Shown here: positions 29,671 through 64,000 of the stretch, one piece after another
How positions within the stretch are numbered: position 1 is the first letter of the stretch
Layout: the number at the start of each line of letters is the position of its first letter
Source: the human T2T-CHM13v2.0 reference genome, Homo sapiens
Length of the DNA stretch: 64,000 nt
Assembly (NCBI RefSeq): GCF_009914755.1
Contig: NC_060940.1
Strand: one strand, 5' to 3'
The notes under the pieces: generated by a model
What the model was told of the DNA's origin: nothing
Databases searched by the model: none
What the model saw: the letters and a program-made list of their open reading frames with translations, nothing else
Position numbers and translations under genes: made by a program

Positions 29671-31709
29671 CTCCCCCTCCCCCTTCCCTATTACCATCCC
29701 TTTTCTCCATCTCTCTCCCCTTTTCTCCATTTCCCCCCCGATCCTCCCCGTCCTTTTGTCCATTCCCCTCATCTTTCTTATCCCCCTTATCCTCCTTCCC
29801 CTCCCTTATCCCCCTTCCCCTCCCTTATCCCCCTTATCCCCTTCCCCTCCCTTTCACCCTGCTCCTCTTCTTCTCCCCTTTCTCTTTTCTCTACCCTTTT
29901 CCTTCCTTTTTCCTCCCTCTCCCCATCATCCCCCTCATCTTCGTCCTCATCCCCATCCCCTTCCCCCTCCCCCTCCACCACTCTCTCTCCAGCTTCCCTC
30001 TTCCTTCTGCCTGCACCTCGCTCTCTGCCCCCTCAGGTTCCCCCTTTCTCCCAGTCCCCACCCTCCGGCTCCCCCTTTTTGCCTGCCCCCACCCTCCCTC
30101 TGCCTCCCTGTCTCTGCACTGACCTCACGCCTGTCTGCAGGAGACCTCATCCACCTGGCCAGCTCAGACGTGCGGGCACCACAGCGCTCAGAGCTGGGAG
30201 CCGAGTCACCATCGCGGATGGTGGCGTCCCAGGCCTACAACCTGACCTCTGCCCTCACGCCCATCGTCACGCGCTCCCGCGTGCTCAACGAGGAGCCCCT
30301 GACGCTGGCGGGTGAGGAGATCGTGGCCCAGGGCAAGCGCTCGGACCCGCGGAGCCTGCTGTGCTATGGCGGCGCCCCAGGGCCTGGCTGCCACTTCTCC
30401 ATCCCCTAGGCTTTCAGCAGGGCCCCGGCCAACCTCAGTGACGTGGTGCAGCTCATCTTTCTGGTGGACTCCAATCCCTTTCCCTTTGGCTATATCAGCA
30501 ACTACACCGTCTCCACCAAGGTGGCCTCGATGGCGTTCCAGACACAGGCCGGCGCCCAGATCCCCATCGAGCGGCTGGCCTCAGAGCGCGCCTCACCGTG
30601 AAGGTGCCCAACAACTCGGACTGGGCTGCCCGGGGCCACCGCAGCTCCGCCAACTCCGTTGTGGTCCAGCCCCAGGCCTCCGTCGGTGCTGTGGTCACCC
30701 TGGACAGCAGCAACCCTGCGGCCGTGCTGCATCTGCAGCTCAACTATACGCTGCTGGACGGTGCATGCAGCGGTTGGGGCACACGCGGCCCCCTGGCCTT
30801 GTTCCTGGGGGGAAGGCGTTTCTCGTAGGGCTTCCATGGGTGTCTCTGGTGAAATTTGCTTTCTGTTTCATGGGCTGCTGGGGGCCTGGCCGGAGAGGAG
30901 CTGGGGGCCACGGAGAAGCAGGTGCCAGCTCTGGTGCAGAGGCTCCTATGGCCTTTCAGGCCCATGGCAGAGGGTGGGCTCAGGAGGGCCATCGTGGGTG
31001 TCCCCCGGGTGGTTGAGCTTCCCGGCAGGCGTGTGACCTGCGCGTTCTGCCCCAGGCCGCTACCTGTCTGAGGAACCCGAGCCCTACCTGGCAGTCTACC
31101 TGCACTCGGAGCCCCGGCCCAATGAGCGCAACTGCTCGGCTAGCAGGAGGATCCGCCCAGAGTCCCTCCAGGGTGCCGACCACCGGCCCTACACCTTCTT
31201 CATTTCCCCGGGGTGAGCTCTGCGGGCCGGCCTGGCAGGGCAGGGCAGGGCATCATGGGTCAGCATTGCCCGGGTTACGGGCCCCGTGGGGACGGCAGGC
31301 AGCGAGGGGACTGGACCGGGTATGGGCTCTGGGACTCCGACATCCAACCTGGCGGAGCCTGGGCTCACGTCCACTGCCCCTTCCCTTCCCAGGACCAGAG
31401 ACCCAGTGGGGAGTTACCGTCTGAACCTCTCCAGCCACTTCCGCTGGTCGGCGCTGGAGGTGTCCGTGGGCTTGTACACGTCCCTGTGCCAGTACTTCAG
31501 CGAGGAGGACGTGGTGTGGCGGACAGAGGGGCTGCTGCCCCTGGAGGAGACCTCGCCCCGCCAGGCCGTCTGCCTCACCCGCCACCTCACCGCCTTCGGC
31601 ACCAGCCTCTTCGTGCCCCCAAGCCATGTACGCTTTGTGTTTCCTGTGAGTGACCCTGTGCTCCTGGGAGCCTCTGCAGAGTCGAGGAGGGCCTGGGTGG
31701 GCTCGGCTC

Positions 31710-31769
31710 TATCCTGAGAAGGCACAGCTTGCACGTGACCTCCTGGGCCTGGCGGCTGTGTCTTCACAG
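31710..31769 (+). ncRNA. MIR6770: mir-6770 hairpin (tailed mirtron ending at the intron 25 acceptor)
   Basis: TGAGAAGGCACAGCTTGCACGTGA (5p) and CTGGCGGCTGTGTCTTCACAG (3p) ending at the AG before exon 26. Confidence 0.85.
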
Positions 31770-32394
31770 GAGCCAACAGCGGATGTAAACTACATCGTCA
31801 TGCTGACATGTGCTGTGTGCCTGGTGACCTACATGGTCATGGCCGCCATCCTGCACAAGCTGGACCAGTTGGATGCCAGCCGGGGCTGCGCCATCCCCTT
31901 CTGTGGGCAGCGGGGCCGCTTCAAGTACGAGATCCTCGTCAAGACAGGCTGGGGCCGGGGCTCAGGTGAGGGGCGCGGCGGGGTGGCAGGGCCTCCCCTG
32001 CTCTCACTGGCTGTGCTGGTTGCACCCTCTGGGAGTGAGTCTCGTCGCAGGCGTCAGAACAAGGCAGTTTTTGCAGTGCTGTGTGAAGGGCTCGTGTGTT
32101 CATCCTGGGAATGACCTCGTGAGCACTCACTGTCCCTGAGGACTAGGACAGCTCCTAGCTGGAAGTAGGTGCCAGTCAGTCAGGGTGGGCAGCCCACGTT
32201 CTACACAGTAGCGTAGCCCCACAAGTTACGTGAGCATCGCTACCACTGTGGGAGACCATGCATCCACCCGCGATCCTGACTGCATAGCTCGTCTCTCAGA
32301 CGGAGGCGCCAGCACCCTCCCCGTGGCTGTTTCTTCAATACCTCCATTTTCCTTTCTTTGGAATTGCCCTTCTGGCATTCCCTTTTTGTTTTCG

Positions 32395-33137
<743 letters not shown>

Positions 33138-34748
33138 TCACCGGTTGTGGCGTGACTGAGGTGTGGACAGGTGTGCAGTGCGGGTCACTGGTTGTGGTGT
33201 GGACTGAGGCGTGTGCAGCCATGTTTGCATGTTACAAGTTACAGTTCTTTCCATGTAACTTAATCATGTCCTTGAGGTCCTGCTGTTTATTGGACAAATT
33301 GCAGTAACCGCAGCTCCTCGTGTATAGCAGAGCTGTGCAAAGCCGGGACTGCCTGTGTGGCTCCTTGAGTGCGCGGAGGCCAAAGCTGAGATGACTTGCC
33401 TGGGATGCCACACGTGTTGGGCAGCAGACCGAGCCTCCCACCCCTCCCTCTTGCCCTCCAGGTACCACGGCCCACGTGGGCATCATGCTGTATGGGGTGG
33501 ACAGCCGGAGCGGCCACCGGCACCTGGACGGCGACAGAGCCTTCCACCGCAACAGTCTGGACATCTTCCAGATCGCCACCCCGCACAGCCTGGGTAGCAT
33601 GTGGAAGATCCGAGTGTGGCACGACAACAAAGGTCTGTATGGACCCTGCCAAGCTCTGCCCCTCTGCCCCTGCATTGGGGCGCCCTGCGAACCTGACCTC
33701 CCTCCCGCGCCTCTGCAGGGCTCAGCCCTGCCTGGTTCCTGCAGCACATCATCGTCAGGGACCTGCAGACGGCACGCAGCACCTTCTTCCTGGTCAATGA
33801 CTGGCTTTCGGTGGAGACGGAGGCCAACGGGGGCCTGGTGGAGAAGGAGGTGCTGGCCGCGAGTAAGGCCTCGTTCCGTGTTCCCACTCCGTGGGAGGTT
33901 GGGCAGGGTGGTCCTGCCCCGTGGCCTCCTGCAGTGCGGCCCTCCCTGCCTTCTAGGTCACGCAGCCCTGTTGCGCTTCCGGCGCCTGCTGGTGGCTGAG
34001 CTGCAGCGTGGCTTCTTTGACAAGCACATCTGGCTCTCCATATGGGACCGGCCGCCTCGGAGCTGTTTCACTCGCATCCAGAGGGCCACCTGCTGCGTTC
34101 TCCTCATCTGTCTCTTCCTGGGCGCCAACGCCGTGTGGTACGGGGCTGTTGGAGACTCTGCCTACAGGTGGGTGCCGTAGGGGTCGGGACAGCCTCTTCC
34201 TGCCCAGCCCTTCCTGCCCCTCAGCCTCACCTGTGTGGCCTCCTCTCCTCCACACAGCACGGGGCGTGTGTCCAGGCTGAACCCGCTGAGCGTCGACACA
34301 GTCGCTGTTGGCCTGGTGTCCAGCGTGGTTGTCTATCCCGTCTACCTGGCCATCCTCTTTCTCTTCCGGATGTCCCGGAGCAAGGTGGGCTGGGGCTGGG
34401 GACCCGGGAGTACTGGGAATGGAGCCTGGGCCTCGGCACCATGCCCAGGGCCGCCACTTTCCAGTGCTGCAGCCAGAGGGAAAGGCGTCCACCAAAGGCT
34501 GCTCGGGAAGGGTCAACACACTTGAGCAGCCTTAGCTAGACTGACCAGGGAGAAAGAGAGAAGACTCAGAAGCCAGAATCGTGAAAGAACGAGGGCACTT
34601 CGCTAAGCAGACGCCACGGACAACTGCACAGCAGCACGCCAGATAACTCAGAAGAAGCAAGCACGCGGCTGTGCACGCTTCCGAAATGCACTCCAGAAGA
34701 AAATCTCAGTACATCTATAGCAAGTGAAGAGGCCGAGTTAGTCCCTTA

Positions 34749-35820
<1,072 letters not shown>

Positions 35821-36588
35821 GAAATTTAAAACTCTGTTCCTTAGCTGCACCAGTCTGCTGTCAAGCGTTCAGTGGCACATGTCGCGAGGGGCTGCCATCA
35901 CGGACGGTGCAGATGTCCCATATATCTAGCATTCTAGAACATTCTGTCAGATGGCACCGGGCTCTGTCCTGTCTGCTGAGGAGGTGGCTTCTCATCCCTG
36001 TCCTGAGCAGGTCTGAGCTGCTGCCCGCTGACCACTGCCCTTGTCCTGCAGGTGGCTGGGAGCCCGAGCCCCACACCTGCCGGGCAGCAGGTGCTGGACG
36101 TCGACAGCTGCCTGGACTCATCCGTGCTGGACAGCTCCTTCCTCACGTTCTCAGGCCTCCACGCTGAGGTGAGGGCTCTACTGGGGGTCCTGCCGCCTTG
36201 GCGCAGCTTGGACTCAAGACCCTGTGCACCTCTCAGCAGGCCTTTGCTGGACAGATGAAGAGTGACTTGTTTCTGGATGATTCTAAGAGGTGGGTTCCCT
36301 AGAGAAACCTCGAGCCCTGGTGCAGGTCACTGTGTCTGGAGTACCGGGGGTGTGCGGGCTGCGTGTCCTTGCTGGGTGTCTGTGGCTCCATGTGGTCACA
36401 CCACCTGGGAGCAGGTTTGCTCGGAAGCCCAGGGTGTCCGTGCGTGACTGGACGGGGGTGGGCTGTGTGTGTGACACATCCCCTGGTACCTTGCTGACCC
36501 GCGCCACCTGCAGTCTGGTGTGCTGGCCCTCCAGCGAGGGAACGCCCAGTTGGCCGGACCTGCTCAGTGACCCGTCCATTGTGGGTAG

Positions 36589-36875
<287 letters not shown>

Positions 36876-37051
36876 TGAGGCTGGTCTCGAACTCCTAACC
36901 TCGTGATCCGCCTGCCTCAGCCTCCCAAAGTGCTGGGATTACAGACGTGAGCCACCATGCCCAGCCAAATCTAGGGCTGGAACATGGCTGCAGCATATAA
37001 ATAGAATTGAATTCCATAGTTTTGTTAACCCTGTTTTTTGTTTGTTTGTAG

Positions 37052-37281
<230 letters not shown>

Positions 37282-38009
37282 TGATCCGCCCACCTCGGCC
37301 TCCCAAAGTGCTGGGATTACAGGCGTGAGCCACCACCCCCAGCCCCTGTTTTGTTTTTGTTTTGCTTGCTTCTTAGGGTTGTTTTTCTATTTATGGTAAA
37401 GGCATTGGCTTTCCATTTGTAGCATCAATAGAATATTTCCTGTTTACAATAACCTTATGTCATAGTAAATGGTAAAGGGATTTAAAGCAGTGGTTTTCAG
37501 CTGCCAGAGGCCTGAGTTTGGGCACACTCTGTGTGATCGGGCAGAAGGCCTGTGGGAAGTTTAGCTGAGGACAGGGCCAGGAAAGGTGATGGACAGTGGG
37601 GGTCTGTCCTGGTCACCAGGCCCCTGGGTCCTGCCCACCTGCTTGGAGCTCCCCACCCATCACACATGATGCTGCCAAGCCCTCTGGGTATTGTGGGCAA
37701 ATACCTTAGGAGAGAAGCTGATGAACTTTGTTTCTTGAAATGCACAGATTCCTTGGACGTCCCTGAGAGCTCAGTCATGAAAGTCAGCTTGGTTTTCTCC
37801 CCCTCATTTGGGTTCAGAATTTAAAGTCCACACACACGGGCAGTAAGATGATATAGATAAGGACATCATCACTCGGTTTCGGATGTTAAAATGTCTAGGT
37901 GGGTTAGGGGTGATTTGAGATCACACAACCTTGTGCCACAAAGAGGAATTCCCAGGCCAGAGGGAGACATTTTATTGCCATGTTATGATCTCATCATTGA
38001 GTTGAAAGG

Positions 38010-38250
38010 CAATCTTGTTTCATTTTGGATTCTTTCTTATGTTTATGTCTTATAAGGGCACTTTGAATTTCCAAGCAAATAATAATTTTGAATTAGCTTT
38101 TAATCATTGACTTCTAGCACAGTTTTATGATCAGAAACATGCTGTGTGATTTGATTGCTCTCAAATATATTGAGATTTGCTGGAACAAAATAAGTCAGGT
38201 TAATTTTTGTAAATGTACCATGCATGCTTAAAATGAATGTATGTACATTT
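38010..38250 (-). mobile_element. Ancient L1 ORF2 endonuclease-region fragment
   Basis: Minus translation HTFILSMHGTFTKIN...ITQHVSDHKTVLEVN resembles L1 YTFFSSAHGTFSKID...FSDHNGIKLEIN. Confidence 0.7.
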
Positions 38251-38334
38251 GTTCCTGAGATACAGGTTGATGGACGGATGGCTACATGGATGTGATGGAG
38301 ATGGTTTACTATCGGGACCTTCCGCATCCTGCTG

Positions 38335-52973
<14,639 letters not shown>

Positions 52974-52978
52974 GGAAG

Positions 52979-53003
52979 AATAAATAAATAATATAAAAAT
53001 AAA
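52979..53003 (+). terminator. Clustered AATAAA polyadenylation signals of NPIPA
   Basis: AATAAA at 52979, 52983 and 52998, just after the TAA stop. Confidence 0.8.
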
Positions 53004-53631
53004 ATGAATACTGCAGTCCTTATGTTATTGCTTTGTTTCAATATCTGGTATGATTGCCTGAGGGACCTGAGGTTTTTAATCGTAGGGGTTTTTTTAATCT
53101 TTAGAAGTGGTTGGTTATGTAAAATATTATTATTTGTTTTTTTTTTGAGACTGGAGTTTGCTCTGTCACCCAGGCTGGAGTGCAGTGGCTCGATCACAGC
53201 TCACTGCAGCCTCAACCTCCTGGGCTTCAAGCAATCCTCCTGCCCCAGCCTCCCAAGTAGCTGGGATCACAGATGTGTGCCACCACGCCTGGCCAATGTT
53301 AAAAAATCCTTTAACTTTTTTGTAGAGATGCACTCCTGGACTCAAGCAATCCTCCTACTTGTCCCGACCACCAGCCCCTTTCTGATAAACATTTACACTG
53401 TTTATTATCTGATGCCATTTCTATCTTCTTCCTTGTCATCCAGACATCAAAGAATTAGGTTTCTTCAGGGTTTTCTTTTTCAAGTGCTCAGTGTTAAAGA
53501 TCACTCACATTAGGGCCAGACACCACGGCTCATGCCTGTAATCCCAGCACTTTGGGAGGCCGAGGCGGGCAGAGCACTTGAGGTGGGGAGTTTGAGACCA
53601 GCCCGGCCAACTTGGTGAAACCCCACCTCTA

Positions 53632-53793
<162 letters not shown>

Positions 53794-53961
53794 TCAAAAA
53801 ATAAATAAAATAAATATCACTTACATTAGATATACCCAAGGGGTGGTCTATAGAGACTTGGAAGCAGTGGTTATTGCAACAGGGGCACGGAAGTCATCTG
53901 GCTATGCCAGGGTGCCCAGGGGATACTCGGGGTGGGTGGCATGGTGCTGCTGGGGACTCAC

Positions 53962-54068
53962 CGCACAGGACGCTCTGATTGACGCACTGCCAGGAGTAGC
54001 GCTCTGTCTTGGGGCTGCAGCCGGCCTCCTCAGCTCGAGTGTAACAACAGTCGTGGCCATGGCAGCAC
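53962..54068 (-). pseudogene. PLA2G10: Isolated PLA2G10 (group X secreted phospholipase A2) catalytic exon, partial duplicate
   Basis: 107-nt CAG/GTGAGT-bounded exon encoding CCHGHDCCYTRAEEAGCSPKTERYSWQCVNQSVLC (sPLA2 CCxxHDxCY motif); no flanking PLA2G10 exons found. Confidence 0.9.
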
Positions 54069-54187
54069 CTGCGGATGTCACATGGGCAGGACAGCAGGTG
54101 GGTGAAGCTCTCTCCTGGCCCTCCTCTCTTGCCAGGACTATGGGTGACTGAAGACCCCCAGGGAGGCACAGCATCCTCTTATCTAAG

Positions 54188-64000
<9,813 letters not shown>

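Larger units (their letters stand above)
23939..30760 (+). pseudogene. PKD1P exons 17-23 (REJ region)
   Basis: VLIRSGRVPIVSLECVSC...; TGA 24288-24290, TAG 30407-30409, 1-nt deletion at ~30592. Confidence 0.93.

Noticed and set aside
25795-30409. Long Pro/Ser/Leu-rich (+) and Gly/Glu/Arg-rich (-) ORFs of 200-440 aa
   Set aside because: A pure C/T or G/A strand cannot easily form stop codons; these are artefacts of the intron 21/22 tracts

Overview
Human (or great-ape) chromosome 16p13-type segmental-duplication mosaic, all main units on the + strand. In order: (1) a repeat-rich flank (Alu, L2, L1, MER58, MER57 LTR) with the MIR3670 hairpin; (2) a CpG island with the MIR3180 hairpin and an unprocessed PKD1 (polycystin-1) pseudogene from exon 1 to mid-exon 33. 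This copy has a 7-bp exon-1 duplication, nonsense codons in exons 8, 18 and 23, an exon-23 frameshift, a deletion of most of exon 15 through exon 16, the ~3.1-kb intron-21 polypyrimidine tract, and tailed mirtrons MIR6511A and MIR6770; (3) an abrupt junction at 36600/36601 into the LCR16a core duplicon, which carries an intact 8-exon NPIPA-type gene (369 aa by my exon count) with an alternative, tandemly duplicated signal-peptide exon; (4) an orphan PLA2G10 catalytic exon on the - strand; (5) a second, promoterless PKD1 pseudogene copy (exons 2-11 visible) joined through a chimeric Alu at ~57230, offset 42,891 bp from copy 1. The layout fits PKD1P1-NPIPA-PKD1P2, but the paralog identities cannot be proven from sequence alone. 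Most ORF-track entries are Alu, low-complexity or off-frame artefacts. Most interesting: in-frame PKD1P-NPIPA and NPIPA-PKD1P fusion possibilities, a set of ADPKD-type alleles available for gene conversion, and several mechanistically informative junctions. PKD1 exon sizes and c./p. numbers come from my recollection of the reference gene plus counting in this window and need checking by alignment.
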